A DNA stretch of 64,000 nucleotides from Eledone cirrhosa (GCA_964016885.1 OZ024742.1:74896001-74960000); one strand, 5' to 3'. Shown: positions 1 to 14,060, numbered from the stretch's first letter. The notes: generated from the sequence alone by a model not told the origin. Translations and numbers: made by a program.

Positions 1-929
1 TATATAGACAGACTGAATAAAAATGGCGTAGACATACAATACAACAGGAGGAAAATATAGCACTACTGACGATGTTGCAGATGTGCAACGAAAGATTTAT
101 GATAAACTATATATATGTGTTTGTGTCTATATTGTATCTGTATTATCTTTGACCCCCGGTCAGTCAATGGCAACATTGAGGACCGAGTATATTAGATTAC
201 CGATATAAAAGACACAGAAGCGAGAAGCGAAAACCAACCAAACAGTGAGTGTGTTCTGTTATTAATTCTGGCACTATTACACAAATATGACCCTCCCCAA
301 GTATAACAATATTAGTTTCGACACACGATTTCATATAAAAAACCTCGCAAAACTAATAATTATAGAAACGTATATAAATAAATAAATACGTATATAACAA
401 GCGCACACACATACCTACATGTAAATACACGAATGTTCGGAGATGTAAGTCAACCAAAACATGAAGTACACATATACACACACCCTACATACGTACGAAC
501 CTGCATACTCACACAGACGCAAAACTCCCGTATACACAATGCCAAACCATATGTACCAGAATATATAAATTTATACGCCATAACAATCAAATATACGTAC
601 GAGAAGGTATACGTATACGTATATTATATATTCGCGTACATATATTTAGATATTTTTGCATACACAATAACAAAATATAAACAAAAGTATTTATTTCGCC
701 ATAAAGTATTCATTTTCTTCGCACGGACATTCTCTGTTTTAGATATATAGATATCTTTAACTATTGCCTAGCTATCTGTATCATTCTTCATATGATATCT
801 GATACATAGACAAGTCACTGACATTACTCGACTGACTTGCAGCTTTGTTCGTTTTACAATCAGGCGGGAAATTTATATTGATGAAATTCTATTCTTGATC
901 ATGCTGTAATCTGGTTATTTATACCTTTT

Positions 930-1027
930 ACATAACATTGCGCCCTTATAAAATCTGTATGTGTCTGGCTGTCTACATTACGACATTATGACACTATATG
1001 TGTGTGTGCGTATATATATATGTATAT

Positions 1028-1106
<79 letters not shown>

Positions 1107-1230
1107 TGTAACGTTTTTAGAAATATTTACTTCTGCGTTCACAGATTGATTTTTTTTAGTTTCAGAAGATCCCATTAAGGGTGAATGCAGCGATTCTTTG
1201 CTTAAACTTTAATTTGTTATTTAAATATAT
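930..1230 (-). repeat. Dispersed non-coding repeat; related copies at 15960-16088, 16950-17315 and as inverted arms at 33100-33245/33485-33630
   Basis: Shared sequence 'gaaatatttacttctgcgttcacagattga...gcagcgattctttgcttaaactttaat' seen in all copies. Confidence 0.75.
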
Positions 1231-1231
1231 A

Positions 1232-1605
<374 letters not shown>

Positions 1606-1879
1606 TTAGGGAAGCAGGAAAATGCTTATTGTGATCCAGTTCGTGGTTAAGAAAGCCAGTTTCGTGGACGGTTTCAACGTACGATTAGGGGTAACTCCAC
1701 AAGTTTGTAAGAATTCCGTTCAATCTTGGAGTATAAAGTATAAAAGAGAAAACACAGGTAAGCATTAAGAAAATGATTTTATCCAGGTATTTACGACCGT
1801 TTCATTGGTAAGTACAACCTTATATTGCTATACTGCAAATAGCAGCCACTCAATGATAATTGTTGTTCACGTCCAAATT

Positions 1880-2545
1880 TTCAAAATAGTGAGTAAGTTA
1901 CTTTTAAAAAAAGTTCCTAATATATAGAGAGAAAAACATTTTTTGGGAATTGTATTTACTAGTATAGAGAGAGAGGAAGAGGAATGTTTTCCTAAAAGCC
2001 ACAGATACCACTCTATTTTTAACAGACATACTATAAAACTATCCTACTCTACTACTATGAACATAGCACAAAACACAAATAGAATTAATAACAGAAACTT
2101 AAATTTAAACCCTAACCAAAATTGCAATAATAATAATTCTAGGAATATCAAGTATAATAGTACCGTTCCGAGTAACAACAACTCCGTAAAATGTAACTGT
2201 AGAATCAAATAAAACTGCCCTTTACAAAATAATTGTTTAGTTAAAAATATAGTTTATAAATGTACTGTTAAAACTAGAGTTAATATATTTAACTATGTCG
2301 GTACCACTTCTACAGAATTTAAACAACGCTGGAATAACCATAATCATACTTTTAAAAGATCTGATAAAAAATCTTCTACTTCACTTTCAAATCTTATATG
2401 GAACTTAAAAAGAAAGAATATAGACTATTCAATATCTTGGAAAATGATTTCGAAAGCACCTGCGTACCGAAATATTAATCTCAGAACACAATTATTTTCT
2501 TCTTGCAGACATCGCCAACATTCCACGTTCAGAACTATGTTTAAT
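1880..2545 (+). pseudogene. Naiad-like Penelope element, 5'-truncated C-terminal/GIY-YIG region
   Basis: FPKSHRYHSIFNRHTIKLSYS..CNCR..CPL..CL..VYKC..YVGTT..FKQRW..H..SLS..IW.LK motifs, with stop and deletion. Confidence 0.85.
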
Positions 2546-2927
2546 TTATAATATTCCTTAAACCTTCAAAATGATCTTATCTTCTTTAACAATTTAAAAT
2601 TTTCAATATTTTAACATCTTAATATTTATAAATGGTAATATCCCTAATATTTGTAATATTTTCACCTTTCAGCAAAAATTCCTTTAATATATATATACAT
2701 ATATATATATTTATTTATATTTAAGTCGTTTGGAAGCCTCGACAATGCAAATGGGTAAATCTCCGGGTAACAAGGTCCGGTGGTGGAGAGAGAGATGTAA
2801 GTGGGTGTACGTTGAGATGCGTGGTATGTATAACATGTGTGAGATGTGTAGAATGAAGGGAAGAGTATAAAGGATAAATTAAAAATAACAACACAAGAGA
2901 GAGTTACCTTGGGAGAGATTTAATAGT

Positions 2928-2963
2928 CCCTATATATTTCGGATTCACATCCATCAACTGGGG
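2928..2963 (-). ncRNA. Hammerhead-like ribozyme with variant core CAGUUGA (family A pLTR)
   Basis: CCC-CAGUUGA-U-GGAU(GUGA)AUCC-GAAA-UAUA-UA-GGG. Confidence 0.6.
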
Positions 2964-3200
2964 TTTTTTCCGGGGTGGGGGAAAAGGTTGTCTGTCGGAC
3001 AACTCGGAACGCGTCTTTCGCTGTTTGTTGATTTGAATATCTGAGGTATTCGGCCGAGCGCGCGTGCGCGTGAAATGGGGTCGGTCGTACAGAGGTCAGC
3101 GGCCGAATGAGGGAGTGGGATGGCGCTAGCTGTCAGTCCATTCTCTGCTTGTTTGTTAAATGTTACTGTGTGTGTGTGTGCGTGTGTTGTTGTCTCGCTT

Positions 3201-3247
<47 letters not shown>

Positions 3248-3384
3248 GATGCCTTGTTCAACTGTATTGGCAGTGTAGTATGTTCGTATGGTGGAATGCT
3301 ACTGTGTGTGTGTGCGTGTGTGTGTGTAGTTGTCTTGTTTGCGTGTGTGTGTGTGTGCGTGTGTTGTGTGTTGTTGCATCGCTT

Positions 3385-5470
3385 GTTAACCAGCCATTTC
3401 ATTTCGCTTCTCTCTGATCGGTTGTTTATTTGCGGTTGCAGTCGTTTGATAAAAAGCGCTTCCTTGATACGTAACGTGCCGACGTTTCTTTCAGTCGCTA
3501 GAATTGTGACAATGGGCCTTCCGTCTTTGTTTCCGCATTTGTCTATGTGTTTCCGGAAAGACGAGGCCCTGGTTTTAGTGTGTTCCTTGATCCGGATGTG
3601 CAAAGGTCGAATTGTGCTACCTATGTAGTATTGGTTGCACCTGTCACATTCTATCTTATACACGACGTATGTGCGTAGGCAACAATTAGCATGGCGTATC
3701 GGGCAGTCTCTGAGGGAGCATGCGTCAGTAGATTTTTCGGGTTTCCTGGAGAGGAATCTTCGCAGAGAGGGGCCCAAGTGGGCCAGGTGGATGTCGAGGC
3801 CCCCCCCTCCATATAGCCTTGCGGATAGCGTTGGTGGTTTTCTCGCCCAGGTGTGGCATTTTAAGGAAGCACTTGCCTTGGGTGCTTCTCTGTCTCTTGC
3901 GTCTGGTGTCTCCTATTCTGTCTGTGATCGAGGTAGGGTACCCGTTCGTCTCCAGCACCTCTAGGAATCGCTTGGTATGAGTGACACCACTCGCGGGATC
4001 GCTGCATCTGTTTTTGATTCGCGCGATCTCGTTCGTGATGTATCCTCATTTGGCACTGTTAGGGAGGGCGGACTTGTAGTGAACGAACAGGTCCCTGCAG
4101 GCTGCCTTTCTGTAGAAGTTGCAGTGGATCCCTCCTTGTTCCGTGATGTTGATTCGGAAGTCGAGGAGGGCAAGTGACCCGTCTTCGTTGGGGTGTTCAA
4201 CACTGAAGTCAATGTTCTCGCCCGTGTTGTTGAACGTCTCATAGATTCTGTTCGCCGTGTCTTGGGAAGATGTGAGGATGAGGATATCGTCCACGTATCT
4301 TGAGAAAAAGGCTACGGCGTTGGGGTGGCAGGCGTTGAGTGCCTCGCGTTCGAGGTTGTCCATGTAGGAGATCGCTAGCACACCTGATAGATTTGATCCC
4401 ATGGGCAATCCCGAGGTTTGTTGGTATATTTGGTCAAGGAATCCGAAGTAGGTGTTGTCGACGACGATGGATAGGAGTTGGTGGATGTCAGTGGTGGTGA
4501 GCCCGAAGCAGTGTAGGTCGGTGGATTGGACGCGTTCCATTAGTATATTGACGGCCGGGAGTGCCGGGACCGAGGTGTAGAGAGCGACTACATCAAGGCT
4601 GAAGGCATATCTGTTATTCCTTCTGGTGTCGGGATCCATTTGATGCAGGCGCTTCAAGACCTCCTCGGAGCTGTTAACGTGTCCCGGCAAGGTGTCTAAG
4701 ATGGGTTTGAGTATTCTGGCTAGGAGCCATGAAATTTTGTAGAGTGGTCCCTCCACGCTCGATACGATGGGCCTGATTTTCAGGTCGGGTCCCTGTTTGT
4801 GTGTTTTCACGAGGTGGTAGAAGGCGGGTAGTCTGCTGTTCCTCGTGAGGAGGTTGTATCTCAGCTTCTTCGGGAGCTTCCGCCGGTCGCAGATGTTGGT
4901 CCAGGCGGAGTTGATGTGTTCTTCTATCTGCGCGGGAGTGATTCCCGTGACCTTGGAGTAGAGGTTGTCATCGTCAAGGTGCTGGAGGGCCAGGGTGTTG
5001 TAGGCCTCTCTGCTGATGACGCAGAATTCTTTTCCCTTGTCGGAGGGGAGATAGATGAGGTTCTTCGATTTTAGGTTGGAGAGAGTGGTGAGTTGAGATT
5101 TGGTGAGGTTATGTGTTGTGTGTGTGTGTTTGTGAAGTATATCCTGATGAGTTTAGTGTCAAGTTCGTGATTGGTGGGTGGGGGGTGGAGTGGGTTGTCG
5201 GGGTGGTAAGTGGGGAACTTGGGGTGGGTTGTGCCGGCGCTGTTATTATGTGGCGCTGATGATAGCGGTCACCCATTTAAGTTGGTAAGCGGCTCGACAA
5301 AAGTTGGCCTCGATGTTCAGTTTGAGTCTGTCGTCGAGACATTGTGTGACGATGAACTTAGGTCCGAGGTGTAGGAGTTTCAGCTCGTCGCTTGTGAGAG
5401 TGCCGGTTAGGTCGGTGACCGGGTGCGTCGCATCGTTGAGGTATGGCTCGGTGTTGGTGGTTGCGGCGCA
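3385..5470 (-). pseudogene. PLE reverse transcriptase plus GIY-YIG endonuclease, disrupted
   Basis: SDKGK, KIRPIVS, SLDVVALYT, GLPMGS, RYVDD, then VVYKIEC..YYIGST.RPL..RIKEH; in-frame TGA at 4046-4048 and frameshift in a G8 run near 3800. Confidence 0.92.
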
Positions 5471-6133
5471 AGACAGAGACGCAAGAGACAGAGAAGCACC
5501 CAAGGCAAGTGCTTCCTTAAAATGCTACACCTGGGCGAGAAAACCACCAACGCTATCCGCAAGACTATATGGAGGGGGGGGCCTCGACATCCACCTGGCC
5601 CACTTGGGCCCCTCTCTGCGAAGATTCCTCTCCAGGAAACCCGAAAAATCTACTGACGCATGCTCCCCCAGAGACTGCCCGATACGCCATGCTAACTGTT
5701 GCCTACGCACATACGTCGTGTATAAGATAGAATGTGACAGGTGCAACCAATACTTCATAGGTAGCACAATTCGACCTTTGCACATCCGGATCAAGGAACA
5801 CACTAACACCAGGGCCTCGACTTTCCGGAAACACATAGACAAATGCGGAAACAAAGACGGAAGGCCCATTGTCACAATTCTAGCGACTGAAAGAAACGTC
5901 GGCACGTTACGTATCAAGGAAGCGCTTTTTATCAAACGACTGCAACCGCAAATAAACAACCGATCAGAGAGAAGCGAAATGAAATGGCTGGTTAACAAGC
6001 GATGCAACAACACACAACACACGCACACACACACACACGCAAACAAGACAACTACACACACACACGCACACACACACAGTAGCATTCCACCATACGAACA
6101 TACTACACTGCCAATACAGATGAACAAGGCAAC

Positions 6134-6200
<67 letters not shown>

Positions 6201-6438
6201 AAGCGAGACAACAACACACGCACACACACACACAGTAACATTTAACAAACAAGCAGAGAATGGACTGACAGCTAGCGCCATCCCACCCCCTCATTCGGCC
6301 GCTGACCTCTGTACGACCGACCCCATTTCACGCGCACGCGCGCTCGGCCGAATACCTCAGATATTCAAATCAACAAACAGCGAAAGACGCGTTCCGAGTT
6401 GTCCGACAGACAACCTTTTCCCCCACCCCGGAAAAAAC

Positions 6439-6474
6439 CCCCAGTTGATGGATGTGAATCCGAAATATATAGGG
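6439..6474 (+). ncRNA. Hammerhead-like ribozyme with variant core CAGUUGA (second arm)
   Basis: Same motif as 2928-2963. Confidence 0.6.
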
Positions 6475-7582
6475 ACTATTAAATCTCTCCCAAGGTAACT
6501 CTCTCTTGTGTTGTTATTTTTAATTTATCCTTTATACTCTTCCCTTCATTCTACACATCTCACATATGTTATACACACCACGCATCTCAACGTACACCCA
6601 CTTACATCTCTCTCTCCACCACCGGACCTTGTTACCCGGAGATTTACCCATTTGCATTGTCGAGGCTTCCAAACGACTTAAAGATATTTACTTATTGTTC
6701 CACAATGCTTCAAGCAAACTTCAATACTCATTTATTTATATATATATATATGTCTGTATGGATATCATTTTAATTTTTAATCTTTTAATTCTTACATTAT
6801 TATTTTTCTAATGACACTTTCTATAAACAAATTTTTAGACGTAGATTGATAATCATTAATTCAAACATTTATCCTCTTCACGACAGTTTCTTAGATAAAC
6901 ACATCACGTATCTCGTCTTTTGGTTTTTATGATTCTCAAACATTCACACATCTTTCGACTAAAATAATTAAATAATCTCACTCTTCTTCAAATTCATCGA
7001 TTAACAAACTAAATTGGAGTTATCTTTCCTTTCTCAGTTATTATATATGTATCTCCGATAAATTAACAATATTATAATACATCTTCAACGCTGAACAAAA
7101 TATTCAAATCTATCTATTTACATATAACACAAAATCAAAATCCCTCGTAACTCATATTATAAACACTAATAACTGTAAATTATCAATATCTCTTTAACAA
7201 TTATTAATATATATAGATATTTATACATATATCCTAATACAATATTTCAATAAGATAAATACTTACAAACATAATTCTCCATATAAGTATAATATAGGTA
7301 AATATTCAAATTTTTCTTCCCCCAAATTAACGTAAATATGTGGTCTTCTTTCCTTTTTCTTTTTCTTTTTCTTTTTCTCCTTCTTTCTTTCTCTCCTACT
7401 AATACAAACATATATCTAAATTTCCCCAGTGTCTAAAATAACGGTTTTTCAATCATATACCCAATCTCATTTACATATTCATTAGCATACTCATCCTAAC
7501 AATTTTAAATCGACTATCCAAGGAATACTACAAGTGATAAGGTATGTTCCTTGGCTATGTCAAAATTTATAAAACACACTTT

Positions 7583-7648
7583 GTATTTTATCTGATGAAA
7601 GCGTACCAAAGTTTTTGGGTACCCTTGAAATATATATAATAGAATAAA
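7583..7648 (+). ncRNA. Minimal type I hammerhead ribozyme in a PLE pLTR
   Basis: CUGAUGA (7592-7598), stem II aag.gtacc/ggtac.ctt, GAAA (7627-7630), palindromic UAUAUA stem III, UA, then AATAAA. Confidence 0.8.
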
Positions 7649-7780
7649 TATGGTTTTATAAATATAGTTTCCATTTATTTAATATCATTGAATATTTACT
7701 CCAGAAAACTGTCGAGTGCTCTGAATCAGTTATAAAAATCTATATTTGTTGAATTACCAACAAATTGAATATCCCTTCTG

Positions 7781-7833
<53 letters not shown>

Positions 7834-7944
7834 GTAAAAGGAAAAGAAAATGCTGAGAAATTGTTCCCAGTGAAAAATAGTTTAATTAGGAATAAGTAAA
7901 AATTAGTAATTAGTATTGGTTAGTATTCAGTTTTGGTTTTAAGT

Positions 7945-7979
7945 TTTTACCGGTTGCGCATTTTAATGCTTTTCAAAAA
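7945..7979 (-). ncRNA. Degenerate hammerhead, U3:A8 core
   Basis: UUU-UUGAAAA-GCAU..AUGC-GCAA-CCGG-UA-AAA; homologous to 26533-26568. Confidence 0.5.
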
Positions 7980-8369
7980 TAATTTTGAGATAGACCGCCC
8001 GTGATGTTTGCTCTAATCTGATTAGTTTTGGAAATTCTACCTGTTTTATGTGAAAAAAGTGGCTCCAGATGTATTAAAATAAGTTTCTCGCCAATTCGTG
8101 TTGCAAAAATTCTTGTGGTCAAAACAATTTTGATTGGTCGGTAGAGATCACGTGAATGTTAAAAATTGATTTTGCGCCAAATGTAGGTTTGTCGAAGAGT
8201 GTCTTTTTCGCCTGATTGAGAAGTCACTGAAAAATAAGTCTTTTAAGACAAATATGTGTGTGTGTGTGTGTGTGTAGTAAAGAGGTTCATTGTTGTGATA
8301 ATGGTCAGTAGGAATGTGTGTGAATTGCAGTCATATTGACAGGTCAACAGTTCAGGTGCCTATTAAGAC

Positions 8370-8435
<66 letters not shown>

Positions 8436-8554
8436 GTGTGTAGCAGAGTAATTCGTGGTAGAGGGATCGGTCAGTAGGAATGTGTCTGTACGTGTGTGGG
8501 GGATATTTTAACATGTTAAAAGATATTTTTCATATATATATATATATATTTCTG

Positions 8555-8613
<59 letters not shown>

Positions 8614-8616
<3 letters not shown>

Positions 8617-10950
8617 AGATTCATTTATAATGAACTCAATAAGAACTATAAAAAGACAACCTACACTAACTTGGATGAAATAAATAAAGAGGGCTCGATA
8701 TTGTTAGAAAATCAAAACTAGAGAAATATACCCAACCCTTTACCCCTAAACAACCTAGGTTTACACTAAAAGATCACAAGGAAGACTTTATTAGCAACAC
8801 CTCTGTTAGATTGATTATCTATCTAAGTCGGACATAGGGATCATAAGTAAGAAGATTTTGGACAGAGTCATTCCGGTAATTAGAAATAAAATTTACCGTA
8901 ACCTGTGGGGGAATAGGGAGGAAGTGATTAAATGGTTCTCCAGCATTAGTAACCATAAATCCCTTATGTTTGTCGAGTTTGATATTGATTCATATTACAC
9001 ATCTATATCACTGATCCTTTTGAATAAGGCCCTCATCATGGCCATGCAGAATAGTGATCTAACCAGATCCCAAGTTGATATCGTTTTAACCGCACTATTT
9101 GAGGAACAATTATGGACACGGAAAAACACAACTAACAACTTTGAAATCACAATGGGATCTGGTGACTCTGCTCAGGTAACTGATTTAGTCGGACTTTACC
9201 TACTCCATGAGCTGCATAAGGCACTTCCATATCTTCACAGTGGTTTATACCGAGACGACGCCCTCCTTACCCTTGAGCATAAAAAATATAAATTTGAAAG
9301 GATAAAGAAGGATCTGCGTAAATTTTTTAAAGGTTTTAACCTTAGTATAACTATGGATAAGAATAATAGAACAGTGAACTTCTTAGATGTAACACTTGAC
9401 CTAGAAAATAAGATTTTCACACCTTATCATAAACCTAATGAGAGACTAACATATGTGAATGCTAATTCGAACCATCCTAAAGTATTGAATGCTATTATTA
9501 AAGGCGGTGGATTGGCAGCATCGGTAGAGGGTCGGACGCCATGATTTCCAGCATAGTTACGTCCCTTTACGATCTGAGTTCAAATCCCGCCGAGGTTAAC
9601 TTTGCCTTTCATCCTTACGGGGTCGATAAAATAAAGTACCAGTAATGCACTGGGTAATTTCTGGCCTTGTGCCTAAAGTAGAAACAATTATTAAAGGAGT
9701 ATCTAATAGAATTAGCCGTTTATCTTGTAATGAGGGCATTTTCAACTCAAATATGGATTATTATAACGAGGCACTAGCTAAGTCTGGCTATAGGAATAAA
9801 CTATATTACGTACCTACTAGCTCCCAATCAACCCATGCTGGACATAATAGTATTATCACGCACAATATGTCTTTGAATAATAATAGTAATAGTAATAGGA
9901 CTTTGGATAAGACCCATACGGTGATTAATTCAGCCCGGCCCAGACTGACTGGCCCTGCTGTACATCCTCCACATACGCCTTCTGGTTACACTAATAGCGG
10001 TGTTTTGAGATCTATAACCTATTCGCATAGTGGTGATTTTAGTGGGCGTATTGACCAAAATAATGTGAGGGTTTCACAGCATGTATACAGTGGCACTGGT
10101 TTTGTCGGCGGTGGGGGGATTGGTAGTTCTAATATTAACCGGATTGTAGTGGGGAAAAATAGAAATAATAGAAGAAGAATGAACACTTTCTTTAACCCAC
10201 CATACAACTGAAGTTTAAATAACATTCCCAAAACCTTCTTCTTAATCCTAGAAAAGAATTTCCCGCCTGGCAGTAGATACCATAGTATATTTAATAAAAA
10301 TACGATTAAATTATCTTACTCCACTACCCCAAACCTGGCTTACCACCTAGCACGTACTAATAATAGGAAAATTAGAGTAGGATTCGAGGATATCAAATCT
10401 GTAAATAACCACCAACAACCTAACACATTGGCTAATGAGGTACCTGGGTTTGCTAACAACACCTCGGAAGAACAGATTCCATGTCAGGAGGGTTTTAACA
10501 ACCGGCCATCCCAAGGCACGAACAACCGAAATTGTAATTCTAGACGGAGTGAAAATTACCCTTTAAAATTGCCCCATTAAAAACATGGTTTATGCATGTG
10601 ATGTTGTAACAGCAACCTCCACCAAAACATACGTGGGCTCTACTTTTACATCATTCAAAACTAGATACAACTCCCGCAATTATACATTTAGATATAATAG
10701 GCTTAAGAATGCCACCTCCCTAGCTAAATATATTCATTTAAAAAAAAATTATAGTATAGATTATACACTCAATTAGAGGTTGGTGACTAAATATACGCCC
10801 AACCGCCCTCCGAGCAAAACTTGTAACCTGTGCCTTCTAGAGTATCACGCCATAATATACTCTAAATGTAACTTGCTCAATAGGAAATCGGAGATATTCT
10901 CTTCTTGTATACACATGAACATTAATTCCTTTCACCACTTTAAGCCAATT
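8614..10950 (+). pseudogene. Naiad-like PLE RT plus GIY-YIG, interrupted by a SINE
   Basis: TLKDHK, FDIDSYY, ITMGS, GLYRDD, VNFLDV, PYHKPN..YVNANSNHP, FNPPY, IKLSYS, TYVGST..FK.RY, CNLCL; frameshifts present. Confidence 0.9.
9494..9697 (+). mobile_element. tRNA-derived SINE with 11-bp TSD ATTATTAAAGG
   Basis: B-box GAGTTCAAATCCC and central GCCTTTCATCCTTACGGGGTCGATAAAAT; removing it rejoins ...VLNAIIKG|VSNRISRLS. Confidence 0.88.
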
Positions 10951-11325
10951 ACTTAGATCTGCTGAAGAATCACTCCTCCCTATGCAGTACCACTGAAACA
11001 CTCTATTAACTTTCCGCCGCATTATTTCTAGTTCCTTGACCAACTATTCCCCCCACCCCCTCCTTGTGGATCCCCTCGGTGTGTGGGTTTGTATAACAGT
11101 GGAGACTTCCGTTCCTTTGCATTTGCTGGTCGCCTGTTTTCGATAAGTATCCGGTGTGCCCGGCACACGGTGCGAATGGTTATATCCCCTAGGGTGACCA
11201 CCATGTGTCCTTCACTGAGTGGCTTCCATTCAGCCACCGGCCGCCATGGTTGAGTATTAGCACAGACCATCGGCCCACAACTCGAGGGTTATTTGTGTTA
11301 GTGCCCAAATTATGGCATAGTATTC

Positions 11326-11356
<31 letters not shown>

Positions 11357-11472
11357 TTCATTTATTCTTATTTATTTATTTATTTATTTATTCATTTATT
11401 CTTATTTATTTATTTATTTATTTATTCATTTATTCTATTTATTTATTTATTTATTTATTTATTTATTTCATT
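11326..11472. repeat. (TATT)n microsatellite
   Basis: Direct reading. Confidence 0.95.
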
Positions 11473-14015
11473 GAGTACTTAGTCCCTGTTAGTTACCATA
11501 ACGTACTATATACTGTCCCCCCTGATGTGAATAGTACTATATCGTTTTGACAACCTATCGCTATTGTGAAGTAGGCAATTGAGCTACTTGTCCCACCTGG
11601 AATAGTCAAAATAACCATTTTGGGCATTTCTAGTTCAACTGTTTGACCCTCCCTGCTTTGGAACATGCGTGCACTTCCCAGTCCCGACACCTGGTAATAC
11701 ACGGGTTCGTACACGGGTTGTGGACACAATACTTGTACATTGGGATTATTGTAACTCCATCTACTATGGAACCTATATTTTTTATACTTTCTGATTGAAC
11801 CCAACCCGTTTGAACACTCCCCCATAATAGAAATAGTGAAGCTATCGGGCTTATTGACATATCACTAGGTAACCTGGTTTTAATGATCTATCGTACGACG
11901 CACCTGACAATCCTGGAGGTCCATTAATAAAAATTAATTTTATCGTTTTTATTTGTACAATTCTTATAGTATTAATATGATTTTATAATAGTTAGCGTAA
12001 CGTCCTTAATATTGATGACAAATGATATTGGATCGTATATAACAACTTATTACTATTACGAGGAAGTTAATTCCACAACTCGCCCCATTGGACTTAGTCC
12101 CACAGAGCCATTTGAGCGTATATAGTTAAATAGTTGGACCCTCCCTAATGCGGAACTTGCGTACACTGCCCAATCCCCACCCTTGGTAATACATACAGGT
12201 CATACATGGATTGAGAACACCGGGCTTGCACATTAGGAATTTGTTAGTTCCTTTTACTGTAGAGTTTAAATCTTTACTCCTGTTTGAACACTCCCCCATT
12301 TTGGTACTGGTAATGCTACCGTCGGACTTTTCGACTTTTCATATAGCAAGCGAGTTTTAATAGTCTTTAGTGTGATACTCTTGACAATGCTGCAGGTCCA
12401 TTAATATTTAATAACAATATAGTTTTTATTAGTACGAATTTGTCGAATTAATATGAGGTTCGGTTGATGATTAAATATTATTTTTTCTATTCATTTTTAT
12501 TTTGTTTGCAGTTCGAATTAAATAACCCTATAGATGACAAATGAGAGCAGTCCCCCTCTGTTTAGCACTTTTACGTCAATATTATTGGATGACTGAAAAC
12601 GTCATCAATTGATGTGCATTTTTATACTCTTAGCGGCGATGAACGAAGTAACATGTTATTTAGAGCCAGATTTATAAATTTACGGGGTATGTAAGCTGTC
12701 TTATATAATCTCTGTATACATGTTTGGGTTTGACCCATCTAGCAGACATGCTGGGGTACCTGGTGGATTTAATGACTTGGGCACTTTGTGTTATTTCCTT
12801 TTCTGTTTTGTATAGATTGTTTACCCACGTGCTGTGCGGATTGCTGCTGCTTTTACCAGGAATTATTTTTGACGTGTTCGTGACTGGATTGTGTGTGGAG
12901 ACTTTGGTTATATAAAATCTGGAGCTGAAACTTGAACACATTATGCTATACGATCTGGGATCTTAACCATATGGGGTTTTTTTAATGTATATATCCAGCA
13001 TGTAATTCTTGTTACTAGATGTGATGTTATGTTTGAGTGATAGTATAAATTCAACTATTTTTTACTTTTGAACGATCTACATATGTTGTATAATTTAGAC
13101 TGTTTGATTATCTAATGACAATCCTATTTCTATATAACCCCTAGACAATCGGGACATATGTAACCGATTGGTCTAGCCTATACGGTTAATATACATGTGT
13201 AGTAACTCTTAGCCAGTTGGTTTTACAGTAACTAAAATAATATTGTGGGCCTTTTGCTGCAGCTCTATCTTATAGTAACTCCGCTTTGCTTGTGTATAGC
13301 TTGCTTTATATGTGGTCCCTGTCTATATACTTGTTATACTCAGCTCTATCCTGTAATAAGCACACTTCGCTTGTGTATGGCTTGCTTTTATGTGTTACCT
13401 GTCTATATGCTTGTGGAACACCCATAGGCTACGTAGTTCAAGTACCTACCAGTATACCTTGTATATGTATACCATGGCGAGGATTTTAATTACTATGGTC
13501 TTTCTGGATGTACCTTAAGAACATATTAGTGCTTATATAACTATTAGTTACGGAGATCCTATTCACTTGTTTTATAGGGACCAGCGCTTAAATTCCTCTG
13601 GCTTTTTTATGGGCTTAAAACTCTTTCTTTTTTCTTTTTTCTTTTTTCTTTTTTCTTTTTTCTTTTTTCTTTTTTCTTTTTTCTTCTTTCTTTTTTTACT
13701 TCTTTCCTTTTAAAATTAAAAAAAATCTTTTTACCTTTTTATTTACTTTTTATCTCTTTATATTATCTTCCTTTTACTTTTTTTTATTATGTTTTAACAA
13801 TTGTTTGTATTTTTTGCTTTTGTGTGCCATCAATTGTATCTGCATCTTGTGAGATCTGCTTGTGCCCTAGCATTGAGCTGTGGTGCTCAACAACCCCAGT
13901 ATGTACTGTCTCCTTATTCGCCATCTCCGATCTCCCTAGCTTTACTCTCTATTGTATTCCAATTGTTCGTGTGACTAAGCTTGGTAGAGCTTATACTCAG
14001 CACTGTGTTTATTAA

Positions 14016-14060
14016 GCTCTGATGATTCCTACCCAACGGTATGGATGAAACATTGTAAGC
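14016..14060 (+). ncRNA. Minimal type I hammerhead ribozyme
   Basis: GCU-CUGAUGA-uUCCUACC(CAAC)GGUAuGGAu-GAAA-CAUUG-UA-AGC followed by AATAAA. Confidence 0.85.

Larger units (their letters stand above)
2720..6682 (-). mobile_element. Penelope-like element family A with ~1.19 kb inverted terminal arms (2720-3904 and 5477-6682)
   Basis: Arms are near-identical reverse complements; RT and GIY-YIG read on the minus strand, GIY-YIG and pLTR repeated on the plus strand. Confidence 0.93.

Noticed and set aside
4046-4048. In-frame TGA in family A as recoding
   Set aside because: Aligns to Phe in related family C, not Cys; probably a nonsense mutation
5304-6245. 313-aa ORF as a gene
   Set aside because: Chimera of antisense RT sequence, the inverted GIY-YIG arm and (CA)n
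9503-9590. tRNA gene
   Set aside because: SINE head with a B-box only; no full cloverleaf, multiple copies with TSDs
10960-11010. CTGAAGA...GAAA as a hammerhead
   Set aside because: No stem II or stem I pairing
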